Shown in pieces: positions 10,414 to 20,228 of a DNA stretch of 64,000 bases. Every line of letters starts with the position of its first letter. Position 1 is the first letter of the stretch. Source of the stretch: Omnitrophica WOR_2 bacterium RIFOXYA2_FULL_38_17 (lineage in GTDB: Bacteria > Omnitrophota > Gorgyraeia > Zapsychrales > Zapsychraceae); assembly GCA_001805965.1 (NCBI GenBank), contig MHHG01000075.1:8826-72825 (forward strand), in the 5' to 3' direction. Under the pieces are notes generated by a model. It did no database searches, was not told the DNA's origin, and saw only the letters and a program-made list of their open reading frames with translations. The translations under genes were made by a program, and so were the position numbers.

Positions 10414-11013
10414 TTAAATAGGATTAACCACCCCTCCTGAAACGATAAATTTGAAAGCCTCTTCAATGCTGATATCAGTTAGTATGATCTCCTTCTTTGG
10501 AATAAGGGTCACATAACCGGTTAAAGGCCCAGGAGCGCTTGGAATAAAAACATTGCATAGCTCTTTGCCAGTTAACCTGCTTATCTTTTCCGCTGACTCA
10601 TTTGTAAGGAACCCTAATGCATACATGCCTTTTCGGGGATACTCGGCGATAACAACTTTTCCAAAAGACCCCATTCTGTCCCTCGTAAAAAGAAATACCA
10701 CCATCTCTTTTAGGGCAGGATAGATCTGCTTTACTATCGGCACTTTTATCAGAAGATTCTCGAAGAAATCATAAACTTTCTTGCCAATAAAATGAGTGAC
10801 CAAAAATCCGATAACAACGATCACATAAACACCCATAATAATGCTCAGCCCGCTAAAATAGAAACCGAAATTCTCAGCGAATATGGGCTTCAGGAATTTA
10901 CCGAATATGCCTTCGGCAAAATTCATCGCCAGAAATATCAAATAAACAGTGAGCGCCAACGGTAAAAAAACAACGAGGCCTGACAAAAAATAATTCTTGA
11001 TTTTCTTTAACAT
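10414..11013 (-). CDS. DUF502-family membrane protein
   Basis: Two N-terminal TM helices ('LVVFLPLALTVYLIFLAMNF') and the typical ~200-aa length. Confidence 0.55.
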   Translation of the reverse strand: MLKKIKNYFLSGLVVFLPLALTVYLIFLAMNFAEGIFGKFLKPIFAENFGFYFSGLSIIMGVYVIVVIGFLVTHFIGKKVYDFFENLLIKVPIVKQIYPALKEMVVFLFTRDRMGSFGKVVIAEYPRKGMYALGFLTNESAEKISRLTGKELCNVFIPSAPGPLTGYVTLIPKKEIILTDISIEEAFKFIVSGGVVNPI

Positions 11014-11046
11014 ATCTTCCTCCTGTGAAGATCTTTTATAACAACA

Positions 11047-12048
11047 TCAACGAAACCGATACAGCAAGATATTTACCGCAACAAATATTAATATCATTAA
11101 GACCGAGTCCCAGCCAAGGCCAAACAGCCCTCTCTTATGCTTTATTTTCATACCAACGCACGAGATCAAAACCAGAACAATGCTTGAAGATGCCGTCAGA
11201 ATATGAACAGGATCAACGCTTGTTAAAATAGCGCCCTTGTAAAACAGGTCGCAAAGGAATACAACAAAAAGATTCGTCATATTGCTGCCGAATATGTTGC
11301 CGATAGCCATATCGAACGCCCCTAATCGTAAAGCCGACAATGAAACTACCATCTCCGGAAGAGACGTGACCACCGCCAGGAAAATGCTCCCTACGAACGT
11401 CCTGCCCAAACCGGTCCTATCAGCAATGACATCCGCTGACTGCGCCAACCACATTGCCGCAAGAACGACGATCACTGCAGATACCGTTAAATTGGTCCAT
11501 ATCTCCAAAGCGCTAACCGTGCAATCCTGCGCCTTAATAGGGTCCTTTTTATATAATTTGATCTGGTCAGAATCAGCCTTTGACAAATACCACATTCCTG
11601 CAAAATAAAGAACAGCTATCAATATACTGCCAAAGCTAACGAATGAAGCTCTAAAGCTAAAGCCGTTCTTTCCTAAGAATATCTCTCCAATAACAACAAG
11701 TGTCAATATTACTGCAAATGAAGCAGATATATCATGCGATTTGTTCCTGGCAATATCGTTCGTCATTGATCCTTTTCTATAAAAAGCATCCATCAAGACA
11801 ATAAGCATAGGATTAAAATTGTTGCTGCCGAGCAAATTGCCTATTGCCATATTATTTGCTTTTAAAGATATGACCGAAGTTAAACTTACAATTGCCTCGG
11901 GAAGGGAAGTAACTAAGCCTAACAAAATAATACCTATCCAGGCTTTACCGATATTGCTTTGCTCACTTAGCTTGTCAGCATATTCTGTCAACCTGATTCC
12001 GGCTAAAACAATGAATACCGCACTTATAAAAAACTGTATCCAGTACAT
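11047..12048 (-). CDS. Ca2+/cation antiporter, CaCA family (YrbG-like)
   Basis: Two alpha-repeat signatures, 'GNLLGSNNFN' and 'GNIFGSNMTN', with about 10 TM segments. Confidence 0.8.
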   Translation of the reverse strand: MYWIQFFISAVFIVLAGIRLTEYADKLSEQSNIGKAWIGIILLGLVTSLPEAIVSLTSVISLKANNMAIGNLLGSNNFNPMLIVLMDAFYRKGSMTNDIARNKSHDISASFAVILTLVVIGEIFLGKNGFSFRASFVSFGSILIAVLYFAGMWYLSKADSDQIKLYKKDPIKAQDCTVSALEIWTNLTVSAVIVVLAAMWLAQSADVIADRTGLGRTFVGSIFLAVVTSLPEMVVSLSALRLGAFDMAIGNIFGSNMTNLFVVFLCDLFYKGAILTSVDPVHILTASSSIVLVLISCVGMKIKHKRGLFGLGWDSVLMILIFVAVNILLYRFR

Positions 12049-12130
12049 ATAAACCTTACCTCATAAAACGCATGAAGCTTGTTATATCAAGGACCAAAGA
12101 ACCCCGTAACCCGCGCCATGCGTCAGCAAA

Positions 12131-12319
12131 TTATTTTTTATTCAAAGTATATAAGACCAATAATCCTGCCATCGCAAAGACCATTCCCATTATTCCCTTA
12201 AAGAATATGACGACTTCGCTCCAGCAAGAAAGGACCAATGTAATGCCAAGAATCAAAAGGAACAAACCGATAATGAACGTTTTAAATTTTTTAAAGTCAG
12301 GATCTTTTTTTTCTACCAT
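12131..12319 (-). CDS. Small two-TM membrane protein
   Basis: 62 aa with two hydrophobic helices. The Shine-Dalgarno sequence AGAGGGG lies 3 nt from the ATG, in the gap between the CaCA and acyltransferase genes. Confidence 0.35.
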   Translation of the reverse strand: MVEKKDPDFKKFKTFIIGLFLLILGITLVLSCWSEVVIFFKGIMGMVFAMAGLLVLYTLNKK

Positions 12320-12350
12320 ATTCCCCTCTTTTGTTAATTAAGTATATATT

Positions 12351-13274
12351 TTATTTTTTGGGGCGGCTCTTCCACCTGCGATGCATCCATCCCCATTCAT
12401 AAGGATACTTGCGAATATAGGATTCTATCAATTGCGTTATCTTTGAGATATTGTCAACGATCGTCTTGTCCTCATTTTCATTTATACCGGCATCAACCTC
12501 GACCGGAGGCTCAATGACTATTTTATGCCTGTCATCAGGCTGGCGGATTATGAACATAGGAAGGATAACCGCCTTAGTCCGAAGCGCAAAAACAACAGGA
12601 CCAGTCGCAGTAGCAGCCTTTTGTCCGAAGAAATCAACATACACGCCTGCACCATTGCCGAAATTCTGATCTAAAGGCACAAATAGGACGCCATTGTTCC
12701 TCAAAGTGGAAATTGACTTTGTCACGCATTTCTGCCGAGGTAAAGCATAAACAGTCTTAACGTTCAGCTCTCCCCTTTTCTTGTAAAGGAATTCTTCCAA
12801 TTCTTTATCTCTGGCAGGTCGGACGATCGTGCTGACATCATATCCTTTCTGCGCAAAATAAAGCATCATCATTGGAAAGTTGCCAAAATGCGCGGTAACA
12901 GCAACAACTCCACGGCCTTTCTTTAAAGCATTGTCCAAATGATGCTTGCCTTCAACAAACACCTTATCATCAAGCTTGTCAGGATGGGCCATCATAAATA
13001 ACATCTCGATCATGGACTGGCCCAAATTCTTAAAGCATTTCCTTACGATCTGCTCTATTTCCTTTCCGGATTTCTGACCTTCAAAAGCAATGTTAAGGCT
13101 GTCACGTGCAATATTCCTGTGCCTTTTTGTAAGAATATAGCCTATTTGTATCATTGTATTTGATATGCCGTTTATGAACCAAAACGGCAACCACTTAAAA
13201 AGAAAATAAGTGCCATAAAGGCCATTGCGGGCCATCGCCCGTTGGAATTTGATTGTCAGATCATTTGGGTTCAT
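12351..13274 (-). CDS. Lysophospholipid/lipid A-type acyltransferase (LpxL/HtrB family)
   Basis: An N-terminal TM segment followed by an 'HFGNFPMMMLY' (HX4D-like) acyltransferase core. Confidence 0.65.
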   Translation of the reverse strand: MNPNDLTIKFQRAMARNGLYGTYFLFKWLPFWFINGISNTMIQIGYILTKRHRNIARDSLNIAFEGQKSGKEIEQIVRKCFKNLGQSMIEMLFMMAHPDKLDDKVFVEGKHHLDNALKKGRGVVAVTAHFGNFPMMMLYFAQKGYDVSTIVRPARDKELEEFLYKKRGELNVKTVYALPRQKCVTKSISTLRNNGVLFVPLDQNFGNGAGVYVDFFGQKAATATGPVVFALRTKAVILPMFIIRQPDDRHKIVIEPPVEVDAGINENEDKTIVDNISKITQLIESYIRKYPYEWGWMHRRWKSRPKK

Positions 13275-13321
13275 TTTGTTATTCTAAAAACCTGTCTTTG
13301 TCAATCATCCGCTACCCTTAA

Positions 13322-14068
13322 TTAACCAATAATGCTTCTTATCGTTGATATTAATACTTTTACTGCAATTGGCTTTGTCAAATGAGCATGAGCGCCTGCC
13401 TCAAGTTCAGCATTGATCTCATCCTTTGCATCTTTTACTGTAACAAAAACAACCGGTATGTCTTTTGTCACCTTATTCTCTTTTAACCTTTTACATACTT
13501 CACGGCCCTTCATCCCGGGCAAAATAACGTCAAGAAGAATTAGATCAGGCCGCTGAGTTTCTGCTATCTGCAGGCCGATTTCCCCTGTTTCTGCTGAAAG
13601 GACAGAATATCCGGCAGACATGAGCACCGGCCTTACTGTCATTATCTGTGTTTGATCATCGTCAATTATCAAAACACTTTTCCATTTTTTTGTTTTCTTT
13701 TTAGCAAAAATTTGTTTATTTTTAACCTGGTTGAATATCAGGAATAAGCTGGCATAAGCAACAACATAAACTAAAGAAATGATCCATTTGTTCTCCACCT
13801 GAGGCTGCAATAAGTACAAAACCACCATAACGTTCGCTATAACTATCAAGACCCTTCCTCTTTCTTTCAGTAAAACAGCCGCTATAGCACTGATAAAAAG
13901 CACAGCAAAAATAACTATTATAATATTAATCCTGACCCTTAATTCAGGAACTTTCGAAAGCTCAAGGATAGAAGCCAGGAGAATCGAATAAGCAAGAGCG
14001 AGCCCATATCCCACGATCTCTATTAAAAATGACTTTTTGTTCATTAATGACCTCCTAAAATATTTCAA
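13322..14068 (-). CDS. Membrane-anchored stand-alone response-regulator receiver domain
   Basis: The N-terminal ~120 aa have 3-4 TM helices. The C-terminus is a CheY-like receiver ('VLIIDDDQTQ', 'DLILLDVILPGMKG', 'TKP') with no output domain. Confidence 0.7.
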   Translation of the reverse strand: MKYFRRSLMNKKSFLIEIVGYGLALAYSILLASILELSKVPELRVRINIIIVIFAVLFISAIAAVLLKERGRVLIVIANVMVVLYLLQPQVENKWIISLVYVVAYASLFLIFNQVKNKQIFAKKKTKKWKSVLIIDDDQTQIMTVRPVLMSAGYSVLSAETGEIGLQIAETQRPDLILLDVILPGMKGREVCKRLKENKVTKDIPVVFVTVKDAKDEINAELEAGAHAHLTKPIAVKVLISTIRSIIG

Positions 14069-14158
14069 TCAATATTTAAAATGACCTTTATTCGATAATA
14101 TAGATAATCCTATTATAAGTAAGACTAGAAAACTTAAAAGACATATGTTTATTTTTAG

Positions 14159-15799
14159 TCATCCGCCAATCTTGCTATAATTCTTTATTTCAAGAACGAT
14201 CCCGAACAACACGAACACTATACAGAAGATTGCAAATAAATCACCATATTTTGAATATAATGTCTTTTTAGAATTAAGATAAACATCCGCAACGACAACG
14301 CCTGTAACATAAGTGCTCTTACCTTTGTCATCCTTAACAAAATCAAGTATCTTGCCCTTATCATTAATAAAATTACTAACGCCTGTGTTGGTGCATCTTA
14401 CCAAATACTTCCTGTTTTCTATAGAACGAAAAACTGAGCTCTGCATATGCATGAACGGCGCTTTAGTATCCTTGAACCATCCATCATTTGTCATGTTCAC
14501 AAAAAACTCAGCGCCCCCGCCAATAAATCTTCTTGCCAATCTCGCAACCGTATCCTCAAAACATATCAAAGGAGAGAATTTAGCCATAACCTCTTGATTG
14601 TTTTTCCCGGGAAGAGACAAGACCGTAAATTTATTTCCTGAAGTAAAATCATCTATAGGCACAATAGACGCCAGGAAAGGAAAAATTATCCTTAATGGAA
14701 TATACTCGCCAAAAGGAACTAAATGCAACTTATTGTACTTGCCTATCAGCTTTCCTTCATTTGATAACAAAACCGCTGAATTATAATACTTACCGTTCTC
14801 CTCGCTGACAACCCCGAAAAGGATCGGGATCCCAATATCATAGGCAAGCTGTTTTACCCGTGAATAGAACCTCTCATTATTATCAAAGTTGACACCATTG
14901 GGGGAATATTGATACTTATCATCTTTTAAGATCAAGAAACCCGGAAAAGAAGTTTCAGGCCATATTATCAGATCAGGGTTCTCTTTAGCCGCCAACTTTG
15001 TCAGCAAAATATGTTTCTCTAAAATATCCTCCCATGCAGACTCGAACCATTTTAGGTCCTGGTCAATATTACCCTGAATTATACCGACAGATATCTTCTT
15101 TCGGGAATCTTGCATCCTAAGAACCGAACGGCCAAAACCAATAACTGTCAAAATAATAACAAGCAGTATCGCGATCACCGATAAAGCTTCCTTGGGAGCA
15201 GTCTTGGTGTTTTTATTCGATAAAACCGCCACCGTATCCTTTAGCACAATATTAGCAGCAACTATCAGATAAGACACCCCATAGTAACCAGTAAACTCCG
15301 CTATCTGGATCAAGGCTAAATTTTTGTACTGGGTATGGCCCAGGCTTGCCCAATCGAAACCCCCTATCAAGTAGGCTTTAACATACTCCAGCACGACCCA
15401 AACCGCCGGAAGCAAGAACGCCTTCAATAACAGTTTTGACCTCGAAAAAAAACAATAGGCAACAGCGAACAAAGCATAATAAAGCCCCAAATAAAGGATC
15501 ATTAAGATCGCCCCGAACACAGTTACATATACCATCCAGGACACCGTTAACGCAAAAAACAATACTCCGCATAAATACCCTGCTTTAAATGACCCCGCAA
15601 GGTCCCTGCCATCAAGAACGAACATCAAAGGTATCAGCCCTATCCAGGCAAAAAGGGAAATATCTGTTTTGGGAAATGCCAGCGCGAGCAATACTGCTGA
15701 AAGAAAGATCAAAAGGAATGGGATAAAATTTCTTTTAGCCGCTGTAAAAGATCCTTTATGTGCACGGCCTTCAGTTTGCATTCTTATCTCCCGCAGCAC
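14159..15799 (-). CDS. lnt: Apolipoprotein N-acyltransferase
   Basis: A multi-TM N-terminus is followed by a CN-hydrolase domain ('IIWPETSFPGFL', 'LICFEDTVARL'). Confidence 0.8.
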   Translation of the reverse strand: MLREIRMQTEGRAHKGSFTAAKRNFIPFLLIFLSAVLLALAFPKTDISLFAWIGLIPLMFVLDGRDLAGSFKAGYLCGVLFFALTVSWMVYVTVFGAILMILYLGLYYALFAVAYCFFSRSKLLLKAFLLPAVWVVLEYVKAYLIGGFDWASLGHTQYKNLALIQIAEFTGYYGVSYLIVAANIVLKDTVAVLSNKNTKTAPKEALSVIAILLVIILTVIGFGRSVLRMQDSRKKISVGIIQGNIDQDLKWFESAWEDILEKHILLTKLAAKENPDLIIWPETSFPGFLILKDDKYQYSPNGVNFDNNERFYSRVKQLAYDIGIPILFGVVSEENGKYYNSAVLLSNEGKLIGKYNKLHLVPFGEYIPLRIIFPFLASIVPIDDFTSGNKFTVLSLPGKNNQEVMAKFSPLICFEDTVARLARRFIGGGAEFFVNMTNDGWFKDTKAPFMHMQSSVFRSIENRKYLVRCTNTGVSNFINDKGKILDFVKDDKGKSTYVTGVVVADVYLNSKKTLYSKYGDLFAIFCIVFVLFGIVLEIKNYSKIGG

Positions 15800-18777
15800 T
15801 TCTTATACTTCTTACCGCTACCGCACGTACAAGGGTCATTTCTGCCGATCTTCTGTCCTTTGCCTAAGCCAACGGAAGAAGGCTGTGGAGGAACTATTTG
15901 GTCAATACCCGCCCCAACTGCTTCTGGCCTGTACCTTGAGGCGGCATTCGCCAAACCGGAAGCGGAATCATGTATCATTTGCTGGGGCAATGAGCTAAAA
16001 ACACCTCTCATCGGGTGTGATACTTTTGCAGGCTGTATCTTGAATATTGTTTCAGCGACTTCAAAACCGATTGAATCATACATGATATGAAACATTTCAA
16101 AACCCTCTCTTTTGTATTCGATCAAAGGGTCTCTTTGCGCAAAAGAACGCAGGCCAATACCTTCCTTCAATTGATCCATGGCATAAAGATGGTCTTTCCA
16201 TTTTGAATCGATAGTATGCAATAAAAGCATTTTTTCAAGATAACGCAAATGTTCAGGCCCGACCTGATCTTCTTTTGTTCTGTATATATCGATCAAACCC
16301 TTAAAGACCTTATCTTTGACATAGCTCTCATTACTTTCTCCGATCTGCTTTTCAGAGATCTCGAGATCATAGTCAAACTTTGTCTTGAGTGTCATCTTTA
16401 ACCCATCCATGTTCCAGGTCGCATCTTCACCAGTTGGCCTTAAATATTGAGAGATCAGGTCCTCAACCAGCGAATTGATATGCTCGACTATAATATCTTT
16501 AACATTATTTTTTTCTAGAATAGAACGGCGCAGGTCATAAACAACCTCTCGCTGTTTATTCATAACATTATCATACTCAAGAAGATGTTTTCTGATCTCA
16601 AAGTTATGGGTCTCAACTCTTTTTTGGGCTGTTTCAATACTTTTTGAAAGCCAAGGATGCTCCAGGACCTGCCCCTCTTCCATACCTAAGCTGTCCATAA
16701 TAGAAATGACTTTATCAGATGCGAACAGGCGCATAAGGTCATCTTCCAAAGAAACATAAAAACGTGACGAACCCGGGTCACCCTGACGCCCTTGTCGCCC
16801 CCTCAGCTGATTATCTATACGCCGGGATTCATGGCGCTCCGTCCCAAGGACATGCAGCCCGCCTTGCTCAATAACTTTTTTGTTCTCTTGCTGGCATTGG
16901 ACCCTGAACTGTTCAATGAACTTCTCTCTCAGCATCCTCTCAACAAGAGCTTTATCTTCATCCTCAGATCTGGCCAATTCGCTCTCGACAATGTTATCAG
17001 CTAAATACTGGGCATTTCCGCCAAGAACGATATCGGTACCGCGTCCCGCCATGTTAGTCGCAATGGTAATACCCTTAAATCTTCCGGCCTGCGCAATAAT
17101 ATGGGCTTCTTGCTCATGATATTTAGCATTCAGCACCTGATGAGCTACACCCTTTTGCGCCAGCATCTTCGAGAGCAGTTCAGATTTCTCTATCGATATG
17201 GTACCTACAAGAACCGGCTGCCCTCTCTTATAACACTCTTCAACCTCCTCGACAATAGCCTTATATTTCTCTCTTAAGCTTCTATAAATACAGTCTGCAT
17301 GATTTTTCCTCATTACTTTTTTGTTAGTAGGCAACACGACACAGTCTAGCTCATATATTTGCTTGAACTCCACGGCCTCAGTATATGCCGTACCTGTCAT
17401 GCCTGATAATTTTTCGTAAAGCCTAAAGTAATTCTGGAATGTGATGGTAGCAAGGGTCTGGTTCTCCCTTTCTATCTTGATACCTTCCTTTGCTTCAACT
17501 GCCTGATGCAATCCGTCAGACCATCTCCTCCCCGGCATTAATCTTCCGGTAAATTCATCTACGATAATAACCCCCCCGTCACGAACAACATACTCAACAT
17601 CGATCTTAAAGAACTCCCTTGCCTTTAAAGCCTGCAGAATATGATGCCTGTATTCGATCGTTTCCATATCGTGAAGATTATCTATGCCAAACAATCTTGC
17701 AGCTTTTTCCTCTCCTGAATCCGTCATTGAAATAGCCCTGGTCTTTTCATCGGCGATGTAATCGAATCCCGCAGCAAGATCAACTTCCTGATACTTGGCG
17801 TCCACTTTTGATCTCTCTTCATCAACTACTTTCTTGCCCTTCAACTGTTTTGCGATCTCATTAGCACGATAATATTTATCCGTTGATTCTTCAGCAGGCC
17901 CGGATATTATCAAAGGGGTCCTTGCCTCATCGACAAGGATACTATCAACCTCGTCGACAATTGCAAAATGATGTCGCCTCTGGACCATATCTTCTTTAAA
18001 ATTGACCATGTTATCCCTCAGGTAATCAAATCCAAGCTCATTGTTCGTTGCGTAAGTAATATCGCAATTGTATTCATGCTGTCTTTGATGGGGTTCCATG
18101 TCCCTTAAAATAACCCCGACGCTTAAGCCTAAGAATTCAAACACAGGACCCATCCAAGCCCTGTCACGTTTTGCAAGATAATCATTAACAGTGACAATAT
18201 GAACACCTTCTTTGGTCAACCCGTTTAAATATGCAGGCAAAGTAGCAACAAGGGTTTTTCCTTCACCAGTGGTCATTTCCGCAATGTTCCCATCGTTTAA
18301 GACCATGCCTCCAATCAACTGAACATCAAAATGCCTCATTTTCAGGACTCTTTTACCTGCTTCACGAACAACCGCAAAGGCGTCGGGCAAAATATCTTTC
18401 AAGACCTGTTCCTTGGTTTTCAGATAAACTTCTTCTGCTTTATCATACTGATTGCCAAGATCATTTTTTTCATCAGGATCGCTAACATTATTGTAATCCT
18501 TAAGAAGGTCTTCCATTTGATCTCTGTCCTTACTAACAGCATTTTCATAAATACTTCTAAACTCGGCAGTCTTACCCTTTAACTGTTCATCAGTCAAACC
18601 TTCATATTTAGATTCCAAGCCGTTGATCTTTGACACGTCATTGCACATTTTCTTAATTACCCTTACTGAAGGAATTGGCAGGTCTTCGGGTATATGAACA
18701 TTCCCCTTGGGCTCTAATTTATCAATATACTTTTGTGCATTCTTGATGACTTGCTTCTGAATTAAAAAATTTAACAT
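15784..18777 (-). CDS. secA: Preprotein translocase ATPase SecA
   Basis: 997 aa with DEAD-like motor motifs. The C-terminal zinc motif is 'CTCGSGKKYKKCCG'. The Shine-Dalgarno sequence GGAG lies 6 nt upstream of the ATG. Confidence 0.95.
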   Translation of the reverse strand: MLNFLIQKQVIKNAQKYIDKLEPKGNVHIPEDLPIPSVRVIKKMCNDVSKINGLESKYEGLTDEQLKGKTAEFRSIYENAVSKDRDQMEDLLKDYNNVSDPDEKNDLGNQYDKAEEVYLKTKEQVLKDILPDAFAVVREAGKRVLKMRHFDVQLIGGMVLNDGNIAEMTTGEGKTLVATLPAYLNGLTKEGVHIVTVNDYLAKRDRAWMGPVFEFLGLSVGVILRDMEPHQRQHEYNCDITYATNNELGFDYLRDNMVNFKEDMVQRRHHFAIVDEVDSILVDEARTPLIISGPAEESTDKYYRANEIAKQLKGKKVVDEERSKVDAKYQEVDLAAGFDYIADEKTRAISMTDSGEEKAARLFGIDNLHDMETIEYRHHILQALKAREFFKIDVEYVVRDGGVIIVDEFTGRLMPGRRWSDGLHQAVEAKEGIKIERENQTLATITFQNYFRLYEKLSGMTGTAYTEAVEFKQIYELDCVVLPTNKKVMRKNHADCIYRSLREKYKAIVEEVEECYKRGQPVLVGTISIEKSELLSKMLAQKGVAHQVLNAKYHEQEAHIIAQAGRFKGITIATNMAGRGTDIVLGGNAQYLADNIVESELARSEDEDKALVERMLREKFIEQFRVQCQQENKKVIEQGGLHVLGTERHESRRIDNQLRGRQGRQGDPGSSRFYVSLEDDLMRLFASDKVISIMDSLGMEEGQVLEHPWLSKSIETAQKRVETHNFEIRKHLLEYDNVMNKQREVVYDLRRSILEKNNVKDIIVEHINSLVEDLISQYLRPTGEDATWNMDGLKMTLKTKFDYDLEISEKQIGESNESYVKDKVFKGLIDIYRTKEDQVGPEHLRYLEKMLLLHTIDSKWKDHLYAMDQLKEGIGLRSFAQRDPLIEYKREGFEMFHIMYDSIGFEVAETIFKIQPAKVSHPMRGVFSSLPQQMIHDSASGLANAASRYRPEAVGAGIDQIVPPQPSSVGLGKGQKIGRNDPCTCGSGKKYKKCCGR

Positions 18778-18793
18778 AGGTCGCTCCGTGACA

Positions 18794-18841
18794 GACTATA
18801 GACCAAAGACTATAGACTATGGACTATAGCCATAGACTATT
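18794..18841 (+). repeat. Array of about 7 tandem heptamers (GACTATA-like) immediately upstream of the secA Shine-Dalgarno sequence; left arm of an inverted pair
   Basis: Units read GACTATA GACCAAA GACTATA GACTATG GACTATA GCCATA GACTATT. Confidence 0.7.
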
Positions 18842-19044
18842 TACATCAAGCCAATTTGATTATAGACAGTCTTTTTAATATTAATTATCATTTTTAACAG
18901 ACTTAATTAACGCATATAACATACTTCATCTTTAGGAAGATCTTTTGTTATCTTATATATTTCTAATACCAGCTCATCAGCAATTTGGAATGCCTTTATA
19001 TTTTTGTAATCCCTCGATCTCTTATCCTTCAAACCGCAAATTTT

Positions 19045-19097
19045 TAGTCTTTCGTCTTTTATCTATAGTCTTTGGTCTATTGTCTACTAGGGTCTCC
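19045..19097 (+). repeat. Array of about 6-7 tandem heptamers (TNGTCTN, reverse complement AGACNA), the right arm and inverse of the 18794 array; it overlaps the prfB 3' end
   Basis: Units read TAGTCTT TCGTCTT TTATCTA TAGTCTT TGGTCTA TTGTCTA. The 17-bp core 'tagaccaaagactatag' is shared in inverted orientation. Confidence 0.7.
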
Positions 19098-20176
19098 ACC
19101 TCAAGAACGCTTCGATAAAAATATCCAGGTCGCCATCCATAACCCGCGTGACATTTCCTGTTTCTGTATCTGTGCGGTGGTCTTTAACCATAGAATATGG
19201 ATGCATGACATAAGAGCGTATCTGGCTGCCCCATTCTATTTTCTGCTTCTTGCCATACTCCTTGGACATCTCCTCATCTTGCTCTTTGCGCTTAAGCTCA
19301 TAAAGCCTTGCTTTCAGTATCTTCATTGCAGTCTGCCTGTTATGCAGCTGTGATCTTTCATTCTGGCATTGAACGACTATCCCTGTAGGATAATGCGTCA
19401 TTCTGACCGCTGAATCAGTTGTATTAACGCTCTGCCCTCCCGGGCCTGACGAGCGGAAAATATCAATTCTCAGGTCATCAGGATTGATCTCAACTTCTAT
19501 ATCATCTTCAAGTTCAGGAATAACATCAACAGAAGCAAAAGAAGTATGCCGTCTTTTATTTGAATCAAATGGTGAGATCCTGACCAGCCTGTGAACTCCC
19601 TTCTCACCTTTCAAATAACCATAAGCCATATCGCCTTCAATGCTCAAAGTAACACTTTTTACCCCGGCCTCTTCCCCCTGAAGCATATCAATAAGCTTGA
19701 CTTTAGCATTGTTAGCTTCTGCCCAACGCGTATACATCCTTAAGAGCATACTTGCCCAATCACAACTCTCTGTCCCTCCGGCACCTGCATTTATACTTAA
19801 GATCACATTGTTTCGGTCAAAAGGACCTGCAAGAATACTTCGTGTTTCAGTAGCATTAACTTCAGCTTCTATCACCTCAAGCTCTTTTTTGATCTGAGAG
19901 ATAAACTCTTCGTCCCCTTCTGAAAGATCAAGAAGCTCATTCAATTCTTTCAATTTCTTTATAGTTTTCTCAAAAGGCTCTACACAAGACTTGAGATATT
20001 TAAGCTCTTTCATTACCTTATTTGATCGAGCCTGGTCATCCCAGAAATGAGGGGCATTCATCTTTTCCTGAATGATTTTTATCTCTTCTTCCTTTTTAGA
20101 AAGGTCAAAGAAACCCCCTGAGCTCTTCAAGCTTCTGTTCGATAACAATAATTTGTTTTCTTATATCTTCAATCAC
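19087..20176 (-). CDS. prfB: Peptide chain release factor 2, with a programmed +1 ribosomal frameshift (GTG start; 23 codons in frame 0, then a shift at CUU-UGA-C)
   Basis: Frame 0 gives 'VIEDIRKQIIVIEQKLEELRGFL' ending at the in-frame UGA. The +1 frame continues 'DLSKKEEE...' through the GGQ ('SGPGGQSVN') and 'SPF' motifs to the stop at 19087. Confidence 0.85.
20104..20119 (-). promoter_or_regulatory. prfB autoregulatory +1 frameshift site: Shine-Dalgarno-like AGGGGG, then UUU CUU UGA C
   Basis: The mRNA reads agggggtttctttgac. The canonical CUU UGA C shifty stop has an internal Shine-Dalgarno sequence 3 nt upstream. Confidence 0.8.
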
Positions 20177-20228
20177 GATAAATTCTTATATCATATTATT
20201 AATATTAGTCAATAGCGCGCTATATTCG

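Noticed and set aside
16792-18582. Plus-strand ORFs inside secA (16792..17004, 16880..17119, 18331..18582)
   Set aside because: They are antisense to a very well-supported secA ORF and do not code a plausible protein.
18794-19097. CRISPR array or oriC at the prfB-secA heptamer region
   Set aside because: The units are 7 bp with no spacers, so this is not CRISPR. No DnaA-box 9-mers (TTATCCACA) beyond a 6/9 partial match, and no dnaA or dnaN nearby.
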